From positions 928,001 through 992,000 of the forward strand of contig CAVUWD010000016.1 in assembly GCA_963745025.1 (NCBI GenBank): a stretch of DNA of 64,000 nt, given 5' to 3'. The notes under the pieces are model-generated. The model saw only the letters and a list, made by a program, of their open reading frames with translations. It was not told the origin of the DNA and did no database searches. Positions within the stretch are counted from its first letter, which is position 1, and every line of letters begins with the position of its first letter. Below are positions 37,468-47,168 of the stretch, piece by piece. Origin of the DNA: an uncultured delta proteobacterium. GTDB taxonomy: Bacteria > Desulfobacterota > Binatia > JACPRU01. Made by a program: the position numbers and the translations under genes.

Positions 37468-38411
37468 GGCAAGTCGGCGGCGTGTGCGAGTGCGTGATCG
37501 ACCGTGTCGACCGCGGCTGCGGGCGCTCCTTCCTCGCAACCGTGCCACGGCGTGATGGAAAGCGCAGCGATCCGTCGCGACAGCGGCCGCCAGGATTGCG
37601 GGTCCGTCGGGCCGAAGAGGGCCACGCCGCGTGCTCCCACTGCACCTGCTAGATGGCTCACCCCGGAATCGTTTCCGAGGTAGACGTCGCACGTGGCGAG
37701 TAGCGCCGCGACGGCGACGAGATCCAATCCGACGACGACACGGATTCCCAGCCGCCGCCATTCGCCGGCTTCGGCCTCCTCCGCCGGCCCTAGAAGGATC
37801 GCGACACCCTGACCGCGCCTGGCGAAGCGACGAGCGATCTCGCCGAAGCCGGCGCGAGACCAACGCTTGGCTCGACCGCCGCTTCCGGGATGAATGACGA
37901 GCAGTGGGCGGCTCTCGCTCGCCAAGCTCGGAGTGTGCGCAGCGGCGACCTCCGCGGGCAGCGAGAGCCGCGGCTCTGGAACCTCGAGCCAGTCTTCCTC
38001 GGGGGCGACGCAGCGAAGGAAATGCCGAGCGAGATGCATCGGCTCGAACGGACGAAACGGATGCACTCGCCCGCGAGCCCCTTGCCAGCGAGCGAGGTTG
38101 CACTCCACTTCCGGCACATCCTTGCCGGTGAACGATTCGATCGAAGCGAAGCCGCCGAAGCACGCGTCCGCCTCCGCCGGCGGCGCGGGCGAGAACAGCC
38201 AACTCGCGCGCCGATCTTCGATCGGCTCCGCATCGGCGATGCCCGTGGCGCGCACGAGCGGAGCGAGATCGACCTTGCAGACTAGAGTCGGAGGACGAGA
38301 GTGGCGCGCACGGATCTCTTCGAGTGCCGGAAGCAGACACACGAAATCACCGAGCGCTCCGGGAAACACCACGAGCGGGCCGAGCGGGGACGTTGCTTCG
38401 CGTAGTCGCAC
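37464..38411 (-). CDS. GT9 family glycosyltransferase (heptosyltransferase-like)
   Basis: PGALGDF, IHPGSGG..KRW, GNDSGVSHLA and LFGPTDP motifs. Confidence 0.85.
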   Translation of the reverse strand: MRLREATSPLGPLVVFPGALGDFVCLLPALEEIRARHSRPPTLVCKVDLAPLVRATGIADAEPIEDRRASWLFSPAPPAEADACFGGFASIESFTGKDVPEVECNLARWQGARGRVHPFRPFEPMHLARHFLRCVAPEEDWLEVPEPRLSLPAEVAAAHTPSLASESRPLLVIHPGSGGRAKRWSRAGFGEIARRFARRGQGVAILLGPAEEAEAGEWRRLGIRVVVGLDLVAVAALLATCDVYLGNDSGVSHLAGAVGARGVALFGPTDPQSWRPLSRRIAALSITPWHGCEEGAPAAAVDTVDHALAHAADLP

Positions 38412-38477
38412 TTCTCTCGATGATTGACGCACATCTGCGAGCAAAGCGCGACTGCGCCACGCAACGTCCTCGAAAGT

Positions 38478-38506
38478 TTGACACCCTGGAATCACGCCGA
38501 TATCAT
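38478..38506 (+). promoter_or_regulatory. Sigma70 promoter of cysK-larE
   Basis: TTGACA-17 bp-TATCAT, near consensus. Confidence 0.65.
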
Positions 38507-38537
38507 CGCGCCCAGCGCGTCCACCCGTCTCCCGCTG

Positions 38538-39476
38538 ATGCCCACTCCCTGCCAGGTCGCCCGAACGCCTCTCGATCTCGTCGGGTCGACGCCGGTGGTT
38601 CGACTGCGGCGGATCCCGAACCCCGAGCACGCCGAGATCTGGGCCAAGGTCGAGGCGATGAATCCCGGCGGCTCCGTCAAAGACCGCATTTGCCTCAACA
38701 TGATCGAGGCCGCCGAGCGCGAAGGTCGTCTCAAGCCCGGCGACACGATCATCGAGCCGACGAGCGGCAACACCGGAATCGGTCTCGCCCTAGTCTGCGC
38801 GGTGCGCGGTTACCGGCTGATCCTGACGATGCCCGACACGATGAGCGAGGAGCGCCGGAGCTTGCTCGCGGCGTACGGAGCCACGCTCATTCTCACGCCC
38901 GATACGCGCGGCATGCACGGAGCGATCCGCAAGGCCGAAGAAATCTTGACGGAGCATCCCAAGTACTTCATGCCGCAGCAGTTCGTGAATCCGGCCAATC
39001 CCGAAATGCATCGCCGCACGACCGCTCAGGAGATCCTCGAGCAGATGCCGCGTCTCGACGCCTTCGTGGCCGGCGTCGGCACGGGCGGCACCATCACCGG
39101 CGTCGGCGAGGTTCTGAAGCAAAAGCGGCCCGGCACGCGGATCGTCGCCGTGGAGCCTGCCGCCTCGCCGGTCATCTCCGGCGGCAAGCCTGGTTACCAC
39201 AAGATCCAAGGAATCGGCGCCGGCTTCGTCCCCGAGAACCTGAACCTCAAGATCGTCGACGAGGTGATCACCGTGACGGATGAAGACGCCGTGCGCGTCA
39301 CTCGCCGCTTGGCGCGCGAGGAAGGCATGTTACTCGGCATCTCTTCCGGCGCGAACTTCTGGGCGGCGCTCGATGTCGCCAAGCGGTTGGGACCGGGCAA
39401 GGTCGTGCTCACCGTCTTCTGTGATACCGGCGAGCGCTATCTCACTACCGAGGTGTTTCAAGCAGAAGGGATATGA
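38538..39476 (+). CDS. cysK: Cysteine synthase A
   Basis: [34 protein letters not shown] and DTGERYL motifs. Confidence 0.94.
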   Translation: MPTPCQVARTPLDLVGSTPVVRLRRIPNPEHAEIWAKVEAMNPGGSVKDRICLNMIEAAEREGRLKPGDTIIEPTSGNTGIGLALVCAVRGYRLILTMPDTMSEERRSLLAAYGATLILTPDTRGMHGAIRKAEEILTEHPKYFMPQQFVNPANPEMHRRTTAQEILEQMPRLDAFVAGVGTGGTITGVGEVLKQKRPGTRIVAVEPAASPVISGGKPGYHKIQGIGAGFVPENLNLKIVDEVITVTDEDAVRVTRRLAREEGMLLGISSGANFWAALDVAKRLGPGKVVLTVFCDTGERYLTTEVFQAEGI

Positions 39477-40294
39477 GCACCCAGGACAAGTTCGCAGCGC
39501 TTCAGCGGTCGCTGCGCGAGATGGGTCGGGTGCTGGTCTGCTTCTCGGGAGGCGTCGACTCGAGCTTTCTCTTGCGCGTCGCACACGACGTTCTCGGTCG
39601 CGAAGCGATTGCCCTCACCACGGTCTCGCCAACGAATCCCGAGGAGGACACCGAGGAAGCCGTGGCCCTGGCGGCGGAGTTCGGCGTCGAGCACGTGATC
39701 CTCGAGGTCAACGAGCTCGAGATTCCCAACTATCGAGAGAACCCCGTCAACCGCTGTTACTTCTGCAAGTCCAATCTCTACGAGATCGCCACGGCCGAAG
39801 CGGCGCGCCGGACGGTTCCCTGGATCATCGACGGCGTGAACGCCGACGATCTCGGCGACTACCGCCCGGGGCTGAAAGCGGCCTCGGAACGTACCATTCG
39901 TCATCCGCTCGCCGATGTGGCGCTCACCAAGGCAGAGGTCCGCGAGCTCAGCCGGAGTCTCGGCCTGCGTACGTTTGATCGTCCCGCCAGCCCTTGCCTC
40001 TCCTCACGCTTCCCCTACGGCACGGCGATCACACTCGAGGCGCTCGAGCGCGTCGCCCGCGGCGAGAGGTGGCTCCGCGCCCGCGGCTTTCGCGAGTGCC
40101 GGGTGCGCTACTTCGGGCTGCGTGCGCGAATCGAAGTACCGCTCGCCAACATTGCCCGACTCGCCGCCGAACCGCTGCGCAGCGAAGTGGATGCGAGCTT
40201 TCGCCAGATCGGTTTCCATGAAGTCGAAATCGACCCGCGCGGGTTTCGAAGTGGAAGCTTGAACGCAGCGATCGCTTCGACCTCCAACAACTGA
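39473..40294 (+). CDS. larE: LarE family ATP-dependent sulfur transferase
   Basis: FSGGVDS PP-loop, [22 protein letters not shown] and FRSGSLN motifs. Confidence 0.9.
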   Translation: MSTQDKFAALQRSLREMGRVLVCFSGGVDSSFLLRVAHDVLGREAIALTTVSPTNPEEDTEEAVALAAEFGVEHVILEVNELEIPNYRENPVNRCYFCKSNLYEIATAEAARRTVPWIIDGVNADDLGDYRPGLKAASERTIRHPLADVALTKAEVRELSRSLGLRTFDRPASPCLSSRFPYGTAITLEALERVARGERWLRARGFRECRVRYFGLRARIEVPLANIARLAAEPLRSEVDASFRQIGFHEVEIDPRGFRSGSLNAAIASTSNN

Positions 40295-40398
40295 CGCCGC
40301 CCCTGGCGAATCACCGTTCGCCAGCACGAAAAGAGCGTCTCGCCGCCGGGAGAGAATCTCGTTTGCATTCATCGACCGAGCCGCGACGTTAGCGCCCG

Positions 40399-42342
40399 TC
40401 AGACTTCCTTGTCCTCGTACTTGTCCTTCAAGCCGTGAACGACCGTGGCGTCGGCGAGCGTCGTCGTATCGCCGAGAGCGCGCCCCTCGGCCACGTCGCG
40501 AAGGAGGCGCCGCATGATCTTCCCGCTGCGCGTCTTCGGCAGCTCGGCCGCGAAGATGATGTCGTCGGGACGGGCGATTGCCCCGATTTTCTTGGCCACG
40601 TGCTCTTTCAGCTCCTTCATGAGCTCCGCGGTGCCCGGGCGACCCTCCTTCAAGGTCACGAACGCCGATATCGCCTGGCCTTTGACCTCGTGTGTCTTGC
40701 CGATCACCGCAGCCTCGGCCACCGCGGCGTGATCGACGAGCGCGCTCTCCACCTCGTAGGTACTGATGCGGTGCCCGGCGACGTTCATGACGTCGTCGAC
40801 GCGCCCGAGAAGCCAGAAGTCTCCGTCCCCGTCCCGCTTCGCTCCGTCCCCGGTGAAGTACATCCCGGGGAAGCGGCTCCAGTAGACCTCCTTGAAGCGC
40901 TCGGCGTCCTTGTAGAGCGTCCGCGCCATCGCCGGCCATGGCCTTTTCAGGATCAAATACCCGCTGTTCGCCGGCCTCCCCTTCTCGTCTACGATCTCTG
41001 CCTCGACACCCGGGAACGGACGCGTCGCCGAACCGGGCTTCAGCGTGGTGATCCCCGGCAGTGGCGTGATCAGGATCATGCCGGTCTCGGTCTGCCACCA
41101 CGTGTCGACGATCGGGCAACGGCGCCGGCCGATGTGGTCGTAGTACCAAATCCAGGCCTCGGGATTGATCGGCTCACCCACCGAGCCGAGCAGACGAAGC
41201 GAGGACAGATCTCGCTTGGCCGGCAGCTCGGTCCCCCATTTCATGAACGAGCGGATCGCCGTCGGCGCCATGTAGATGAGGCTCACCTTGTAGCGCTCGA
41301 CGATCTGCCACCAGCGGTCGCGCGCCGGATAGTCCGGAGTGCCCTCGTACATCACCGACGTCGCACCGCTCGAGAGCGGCCCATAGACGATGTAACTGTG
41401 GCCCGTCACCCAGCCGATGTCGGCCGCGCACCACCAGATGTCGCTCTCCCGCCAGTCGAAGATCCACTGGAACGTCGTCGTGACCCCGAGCAGGTAGCCC
41501 CCCGTGGTGTGCACGATCCCCTTCGGCTTCCCGGTCGTCCCGCTGGTGTAGAGGATGTAGAGCATGTCCTCGCTGTCCATCGCCTCGACGGGACACTCCG
41601 CGGACGCCCTCGCCATCGCCTCGTGCCACCAGAGGTCGCGGCCGCCCTGCATGTCGACCGTTCCGCCCGTCCGGCGCACCACGACGACGTGCTGGATCGA
41701 CGGCGTCTCGGCGACCGACTCGTCGGCGTTCTGCTTGAGCGGGACGATCGCTCCGCGCCGGTAGCCCCCGTCGGCGGTCACCAAGACCTTGGCCTCGGCA
41801 TCGAGGATGCGGTCGCGCAGCGCTTCGGAGCTGAAGCCTCCGAAGACCACGCCGTGAACCGCGCCGATGCGCGCGCAGGCGAGCATCGCGATCGGCAGCT
41901 CGGGGATCATCGGCAGGTAGATCGCGACGCGGTCCCCCTTCTTCACCCCGAGGCTCTTCAGGACATTGGCGAACTTCTGCACTTCGCGGTGGAGATCCGC
42001 GTAGGTGAGCACGCGCTCGTCGTCGTTCTCGCCGAGCCACAGGTAGGCCTTGCGATTGCCGTGCCCCGCGGCGACGTGGCGATCGAGGCAGTTCGCGGAC
42101 ACGTTCAACCTGCCGCCGCGAAACCAATTCGCCTGCGGCGGATTCCATTCGAGCGTCGTATCCCACTTGCGGATCCACTCGAGCTTCTCGGCGGCGAGCT
42201 TCCCCCAGAAGCCTTCGAGGTCGTTCGCTGCGTCGCGGTAGACCGCATCGTCCTGGATCGTCGCGCGTCGCCGGAAGTCGGCAAGCGGCGGAAACTTCCG
42301 CTGCTCGTCCAGCATCGCCTCGATCGTCTTCGGGTCGGCCAT
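40399..42342 (-). CDS. acs: Acetyl-CoA synthetase (AMP-forming)
   Basis: [31 protein letters not shown] and [12 protein letters not shown] motifs. Confidence 0.96.
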   Translation of the reverse strand: MADPKTIEAMLDEQRKFPPLADFRRRATIQDDAVYRDAANDLEGFWGKLAAEKLEWIRKWDTTLEWNPPQANWFRGGRLNVSANCLDRHVAAGHGNRKAYLWLGENDDERVLTYADLHREVQKFANVLKSLGVKKGDRVAIYLPMIPELPIAMLACARIGAVHGVVFGGFSSEALRDRILDAEAKVLVTADGGYRRGAIVPLKQNADESVAETPSIQHVVVVRRTGGTVDMQGGRDLWWHEAMARASAECPVEAMDSEDMLYILYTSGTTGKPKGIVHTTGGYLLGVTTTFQWIFDWRESDIWWCAADIGWVTGHSYIVYGPLSSGATSVMYEGTPDYPARDRWWQIVERYKVSLIYMAPTAIRSFMKWGTELPAKRDLSSLRLLGSVGEPINPEAWIWYYDHIGRRRCPIVDTWWQTETGMILITPLPGITTLKPGSATRPFPGVEAEIVDEKGRPANSGYLILKRPWPAMARTLYKDAERFKEVYWSRFPGMYFTGDGAKRDGDGDFWLLGRVDDVMNVAGHRISTYEVESALVDHAAVAEAAVIGKTHEVKGQAISAFVTLKEGRPGTAELMKELKEHVAKKIGAIARPDDIIFAAELPKTRSGKIMRRLLRDVAEGRALGDTTTLADATVVHGLKDKYEDKEV

Positions 42343-42347
42343 GAATT

Positions 42348-42389
42348 CTCCCCTCGCTTGACCCTCTCCCCAACGGGGAGAGAGGGGAA
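42348..42389 (-). repeat. REP-like hairpin immediately upstream of acs
   Basis: Minus strand reads TCCCCTCTCTCCCC GTT GGGGAGAGGG TCAAGCGAGGGGAG. Confidence 0.6.
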
Positions 42390-42396
42390 TAGATGT

Positions 42397-43593
42397 CTAT
42401 CGTAGTAGCGTAGTGAGCAAGGCCAGGTGATCCCCGAGGTTACGCGTGATCAAGAAGTGCCAGCGGGCGAACTCGCGCGCGTCGTTGCCCATCTTGGCGG
42501 CCAGCTCGGGGTTGTTCAGCAGCGTGCGGATCCGAAACGCGCAGCCCTCGACGGAATTCACCGTGTAGCCGGTGACCTCGTAGATGAGCTGGGCGGTGAT
42601 CCCGCCGGCGAATCCACCGATCACGGGCTTCCCCTTCCACATGGCCTCGGCGACCATCAGACCAAAGCCCTCGCGGGTAGACTTCTGGATGACGATGGTC
42701 GAGGCGCGCTGGAGTGCGTTGATCTCGATCTCCGCGTTCTCGGGGAGCTGTAGAATGTGAATGTCGGGATCGCCCGCCGCAGCCTCTTCCATCTCGGCAA
42801 GGAGCCGGCGCCCCTCCTCGCCCGCTGCCGGAGCGCCCGCAAGCACCAGCCGGCAGTCGTTCTGCTTCTTGGCGATGTGGTAGGCCTCGATCACACCCAC
42901 CGGGTCCTTGAAGCGGTGGAAGCGCGAGGCCTGCAGCAAGATTGGCTTGTCCCGAGGGATTCCCAGCCGATCGAGCGTCCCGCGGATCTCGTTCTCGCTG
43001 AGCTCCCGATTCTTCTCGGACAGCGGATCGATCGATGGATACACGAGGAACTGCGGGATGGGTAGCCGCTGGGCGAATTTTGGCAGCGAAAACACCGCCG
43101 CGTCGTACTTGACCACGAACTGACGGAGCATGGCCCATGCCTTGCGCTGCGGGCGCGCGATGTCGAGGTGGCAGCGCCACACCCACTTGCCTTCCTGCGG
43201 GCGGATGTCGATCAGCGGTGCGGGCTGGTGATCGTGAATCAGCACGACGTCGGCATCGAACGAAAGCTGCTGGGCGTTCTCGCGGTTCGTGGCCACAAGC
43301 TGCTGGAGCATCTCCTCGTTGAACCGACCCTCTTCGCCCTGGAGCATGTTGTAGAAGGCCTGGCAGGCCGCCTGAAAGCCCTCCCCGCCGCGGATCACTT
43401 CCCAGCGCGCGTCGATGCCGAGCTCCTGGAGGAGCGGCGTGTGCCGTTCGAGCATCTCCGCCACGCTCGTGCCGCTCTGATTGGCATTGATGCGCAGGAA
43501 CTTTCGCGAGCGCAGCTTCTCTGCCATTCGCCGCAGGATGTCCACGGAGCCGGGGGGCGAAATGCTGCGATAGTCGTCGAGCGAGGCCGCCAT
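42397..43593 (-). CDS. GT4 glycosyltransferase, trehalose synthase TreT-like
   Basis: IHDHQP, WVWRCHLD, PSIDPLSEKN, SRF..FKDP.GV and QKSTREGFGL.VAEAMWKGKPV motifs. Confidence 0.85.
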   Translation of the reverse strand: MAASLDDYRSISPPGSVDILRRMAEKLRSRKFLRINANQSGTSVAEMLERHTPLLQELGIDARWEVIRGGEGFQAACQAFYNMLQGEEGRFNEEMLQQLVATNRENAQQLSFDADVVLIHDHQPAPLIDIRPQEGKWVWRCHLDIARPQRKAWAMLRQFVVKYDAAVFSLPKFAQRLPIPQFLVYPSIDPLSEKNRELSENEIRGTLDRLGIPRDKPILLQASRFHRFKDPVGVIEAYHIAKKQNDCRLVLAGAPAAGEEGRRLLAEMEEAAAGDPDIHILQLPENAEIEINALQRASTIVIQKSTREGFGLMVAEAMWKGKPVIGGFAGGITAQLIYEVTGYTVNSVEGCAFRIRTLLNNPELAAKMGNDAREFARWHFLITRNLGDHLALLTTLLR

Positions 43594-43606
43594 TGCCACT
43601 TTCGGC

Positions 43607-44281
43607 TCAGTGCCCTTCTCGCTCTGCCTGCTCGCAGAGCTTGATCAAGCGCTTGCGCACGCCTTCGAGGCTGGTCGCGTACGGGTTCACCGCGCCGACC
43701 TTGGCGGCGAGCTCCTTCAACCCGAGCCCCTCTTCGATCCAAACGACGAAGTCGTTCCGCCGCTTGCCCTTACGCGCCATCGCCGCCAGAAGGTGGAAGT
43801 AGACCGCGCTCGAGTCGACTCGCTCGAGGCCCTCGCGAAACTCGGTCAGTGTTCGCGCCTTGATTCCCGCAGGCACCGCCAGGATGCGCGACTGCATGAA
43901 GAAGAAGAGCTCGCCGTAGACCACCCGAGGTACGGACCCGACGTGAGAGAGATGATCGTCGAGAATCGTCACTAGCTCGTTGCGCAGCGCCTCGAGATCG
44001 CCCACCTCGAAAGGATCGATCACGGCCAGACGCTCGCCGAGCACGCGGTCGCGCAGCTGGATCGCCGCCCAGTTGGCGAAGTCGTTCGGATAGGGACCCG
44101 CGATATAGGGGTGGCGGAGGAAGTAGCTGTGGGTGTGGAAGTAGATGCTGTCGAGGGGGACTTCCTCCAGCCCGTCGAGGAGCTCCTGCACGTCCGCCGC
44201 CCGCCGCCCGAGCATCTCGCGTAGCTCCCAGCAGGCCATGAACTGGAACGGGTGCCTCGTTTCGCCGTTCTTGCCGCTCAA
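43607..44281 (-). CDS. DUF5752-like protein
   Basis: PFQF, SIYFHTH and NDFANW; internally duplicated (AVYFH...NDFVVW); adjacent to the TreT-like gene. Confidence 0.75.
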   Translation of the reverse strand: MSGKNGETRHPFQFMACWELREMLGRRAADVQELLDGLEEVPLDSIYFHTHSYFLRHPYIAGPYPNDFANWAAIQLRDRVLGERLAVIDPFEVGDLEALRNELVTILDDHLSHVGSVPRVVYGELFFFMQSRILAVPAGIKARTLTEFREGLERVDSSAVYFHLLAAMARKGKRRNDFVVWIEEGLGLKELAAKVGAVNPYATSLEGVRKRLIKLCEQAEREGH

Positions 44282-44529
44282 TGGGATCTCCAGGACACTC
44301 GGCTCGACTCGGTACTATATGCTTGGCGAAAAATCGACACTCGTTTTCAGATATTCCCGATACGTCGGAGCCGGTTTTCGTCGCTTGATCGAGACAGTCT
44401 CCGAGGAAGATTCCCCCGAAGTAAGTTCCCGGCGAGGAAAGAAGCCGGACGCGGACGTCGGCCCGGGGAGGCCAGCTTTGCCGCTGGATTCGCCTGTGGT
44501 AGGAGCCCACCACGGCGAAAGGAGTGGAA

Positions 44530-44937
44530 ATGGACTGGAGGAAGCGGTCGATCGCCATCGTTTGCCTGGCGCTGCCGCTGCTCGGCATGGGGATGCTAGG
44601 CGGTGGGGGCCCGAACGCCTTGGAGCGCAACTACGAGGGTACCTTTGTCGACCGCGATGGCACGAAGGTCGACGCCAAATGGATCAACGCAGGCGGCGAT
44701 CTCGCTCTCTCCGGAGAGCTCGGCCGGGGCGACCTGCGGATCTCCTTCGACAACATCAAATCGATCGCGTTCTCCGGAGATCCCGCCAAGAGCTTCGTAG
44801 CCAAGGTGACCCTGCGCAAGGGGGACCAGATCGAGATGAAGGTGCGGAGCTCGCTCGCCTTCTCGGGCCAGACCGAGCTCGGCCACTATCAGATCCGCGC
44901 ACGAGACCTGCAAGCGGTCGAGTTCCGCGGGCAATAG
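44530..44937 (+). CDS. Hypothetical exported or membrane-anchored protein (135 aa)
   Basis: AAGGAG RBS; hydrophobic N-terminus ending LLGMGMLGG; two similar beta-rich halves (G.LG.G.L.I...NIKSI.F and G.T.LG.Y.I...DL.AVEF). Confidence 0.7.
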   Translation: MDWRKRSIAIVCLALPLLGMGMLGGGGPNALERNYEGTFVDRDGTKVDAKWINAGGDLALSGELGRGDLRISFDNIKSIAFSGDPAKSFVAKVTLRKGDQIEMKVRSSLAFSGQTELGHYQIRARDLQAVEFRGQ

Positions 44938-44966
44938 ACGAACGGCGCGCCGCCTCCAACCGACGA

Positions 44967-46313
44967 ATGCCGATCGAGCTGACGGGCACGCGGCGAGCGA
45001 CCTCAGGAATCGGGGCGCTCGTTACGGCAGTGACCCTCGCCTTCCTCTCCGCCTGCGGCATGAGCCACGCCTTCGAGCTGCGGGCGTGGCCGCTCGCGGA
45101 GCTCGAACGACACGGTGACGAAGCTCACGCCCGATTCCTCGGTCCGCTGATCGAGTGGCAGCGCGAGGGTGACAAGCGTTTCTTCGCCATCCGGCCTCTC
45201 TTCGCGATCTCACGCTCGGCTGTCGCCCCGTCTCGGGGTACGCTCCTCTACCCATTGGCATCGTGGCAGCGGTCCGCCGAGGAGCTCTCGGTTCGCTTCT
45301 TCGGCCTCGGCTCGTACGTTCGCCGCGCGTCACCGCTGGCGGAGCGTCCGTACACCCGCGAGCTGACGGTCTTCCCGCTGGTTTTCTACCACCGCGGGCC
45401 CGAGGTCGGGACATCGCTCTCGGTGATTCCCCTCTACGCGAACCTCGAGAACTTCTTCGGCTACGAGCGCGTACAGATGCTGCTGTTCCCGCTTTTTCTC
45501 AAGCTCTACGAGCCGCTCTACGAGAAGACTTGGCTCCCCTTTCCTTTCTTCTCGCGTGTCGGAGGCCGGGCCGGCGAGGGTCTCCGCATCTGGCCGATCT
45601 GGGGTCACACGGTGCTCGGTGCGGACTACGAATCTCGCTACGTCGGCTGGCCGTTCTACATCCGCGCCGTCGAGCATCCCGGTGGCGATCGCGCGGTGAC
45701 GACACGGATCTCCTGGCCGTTCTTCTCGTCGATCGACGGACCGCTCGTCCACAGTCGCTCGTACGGCTTTCTGCCGATCCTGCCTCTCTACACCGAGACG
45801 ATCGACCTGAAGACGGACACCGAAACGACGGGTTTCCCCTGGCCCTTCTGGACGGTGCAGCGCGACCGCAAGACGGGAGAGCGCCTGTCGCTGCGGCTCA
45901 CGCCGTTCTACGAGGATCGCCGGACCGCGACGATGGAATCGGCTTTCTACCTCTGGCCCTTCTACCGGCACCACAGCGGACTCGGCGAGGATGCGTCGTA
46001 TCGACGGACCGACGTTCTGTTTCTCCTCTATCGCGATCAACACGAGGGCGAAGGCCAGAACTCCCGGGATACCCTCGCGCTGGTTCCCTTGTGGGTATCT
46101 CGCGCAGATCGGGACGGAGGCGACGCACAAGGCATCACGCTGCTCGATGGCCTGTTCCCGACGAACGAGGCGCTCGAGACTCTCTACGCGCCGCTCTACC
46201 GGCTTTACGGGCAACGGAGCCGGGACGGCGCCACCGAGCGCGATCTCCTCTGGCGAATGTGGACATGGGGCGATGGCAAGCTTCGGCCGCCGTGGTATTG
46301 GTCGTTCGAATGA
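44967..46313 (+). CDS. Hypothetical lipoprotein with many aromatic xP(F/L)(F/Y/W) repeats
   Basis: LAFLSAC lipobox; repeated WPF, FPL and YPL motifs; directly upstream of mlaE. Confidence 0.7.
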   Translation: MPIELTGTRRATSGIGALVTAVTLAFLSACGMSHAFELRAWPLAELERHGDEAHARFLGPLIEWQREGDKRFFAIRPLFAISRSAVAPSRGTLLYPLASWQRSAEELSVRFFGLGSYVRRASPLAERPYTRELTVFPLVFYHRGPEVGTSLSVIPLYANLENFFGYERVQMLLFPLFLKLYEPLYEKTWLPFPFFSRVGGRAGEGLRIWPIWGHTVLGADYESRYVGWPFYIRAVEHPGGDRAVTTRISWPFFSSIDGPLVHSRSYGFLPILPLYTETIDLKTDTETTGFPWPFWTVQRDRKTGERLSLRLTPFYEDRRTATMESAFYLWPFYRHHSGLGEDASYRRTDVLFLLYRDQHEGEGQNSRDTLALVPLWVSRADRDGGDAQGITLLDGLFPTNEALETLYAPLYRLYGQRSRDGATERDLLWRMWTWGDGKLRPPWYWSFE

Positions 46314-46328
46314 GGGATTGAGGGTCGG

Positions 46329-47168
46329 ATGGCCGACGTCACGCAGACGGCCGGTAGAGCGCGGCCGCGCTCTACCGGGGTAGTGGCCGCGATCGGCGGA
46401 GGCGCTCTCGACGTTCTCCAGGTGACCGGAGAATGCGTGGCGCTCCTCGTGGCCACGGTCTGGCATTGCCGGTCCGCGCCGCGCCACGTGGCGAAGATCA
46501 TCACCCAGCTGACATTGATCGGCACCGAGACGCTCGGCATCGCCTCGCTCGTCTCGCTCTTCGTCGGCATGGTCATGGTCGTCCAGGCAGCCGATCAGCT
46601 CGCGAACTACACGCAGGAAGTGCTCGGCTCGCTGGTCGGCCTCGCCATGACCAAGGAGCTCGGGCCCGTCATCATGGGCTTCATCGTCGCCGGCAAGTCG
46701 GGCTCGGCCATCGCCGCGGAAATCGCCTCGATGAAGGTCTACGACGAGATCTCGGCGCTGCGCACGATGGACATCGATCCGGTTCCCTTCCTGTCGATGC
46801 CACGCTTCCTCGCCATGACTCTGGCGCTGCCCATGCTCGTGCTCTATTCGGACGTCATCGGCATCGCCGGCGGTACCCTGGTGATCGCCTTCGATCCGAC
46901 GATTGCGATCAGCGTCTCGCAGTTCCTCGATAACCTGAGAGAGTGGCTGAACTTCACCGACATCGTCGTCGGGCTCGTCAAGGGCATGGTGTTCGGCATG
47001 CTCGTGTCGATCATCGCGTGCGCCTTCGGTTTGCGGACGACGGGAGGCTCCGAGGGCGTTGCGCGATCGACGACTTCCGCGGTCGTCTGGAGCTTCGTAT
47101 CGATCATCATCGCCGATTTCATCATCGTCCGCGTTGCCTTTCTTTTCTTTCCGGCGACGCCGAGATGA
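46329..47168 (+). CDS. mlaE: MlaE family lipid ABC transporter permease
   Basis: KELGPVI...AGKSGSAIAAEIASMKVYDEISALRTM and GGSEGVARSTTSAVV. Confidence 0.9.
   Translation: MADVTQTAGRARPRSTGVVAAIGGGALDVLQVTGECVALLVATVWHCRSAPRHVAKIITQLTLIGTETLGIASLVSLFVGMVMVVQAADQLANYTQEVLGSLVGLAMTKELGPVIMGFIVAGKSGSAIAAEIASMKVYDEISALRTMDIDPVPFLSMPRFLAMTLALPMLVLYSDVIGIAGGTLVIAFDPTIAISVSQFLDNLREWLNFTDIVVGLVKGMVFGMLVSIIACAFGLRTTGGSEGVARSTTSAVVWSFVSIIIADFIIVRVAFLFFPATPR
46351..46378. repeat. Perfect 28-bp palindrome in the 5' end of mlaE
   Basis: CCGGTAGAGCGCGG|CCGCGCTCTACCGG. Confidence 0.85.

Noticed and set aside
40435-42405. 656-aa ORF antisense to acs, and similar long shadow ORFs (e.g. 18057-20051, 3308-4714, 33657-34943, 53518-54516)
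   Set aside because: Stop-poor antisense frames are expected in high-GC genes, and they show no recognisable motifs.
44145-44966. 722-aa ORF start at 44145 for the aromatic-repeat lipoprotein
   Set aside because: The extension overlaps the DUF5752-like gene and the 135-aa gene and is low-complexity; the lipobox supports a start near 44967.
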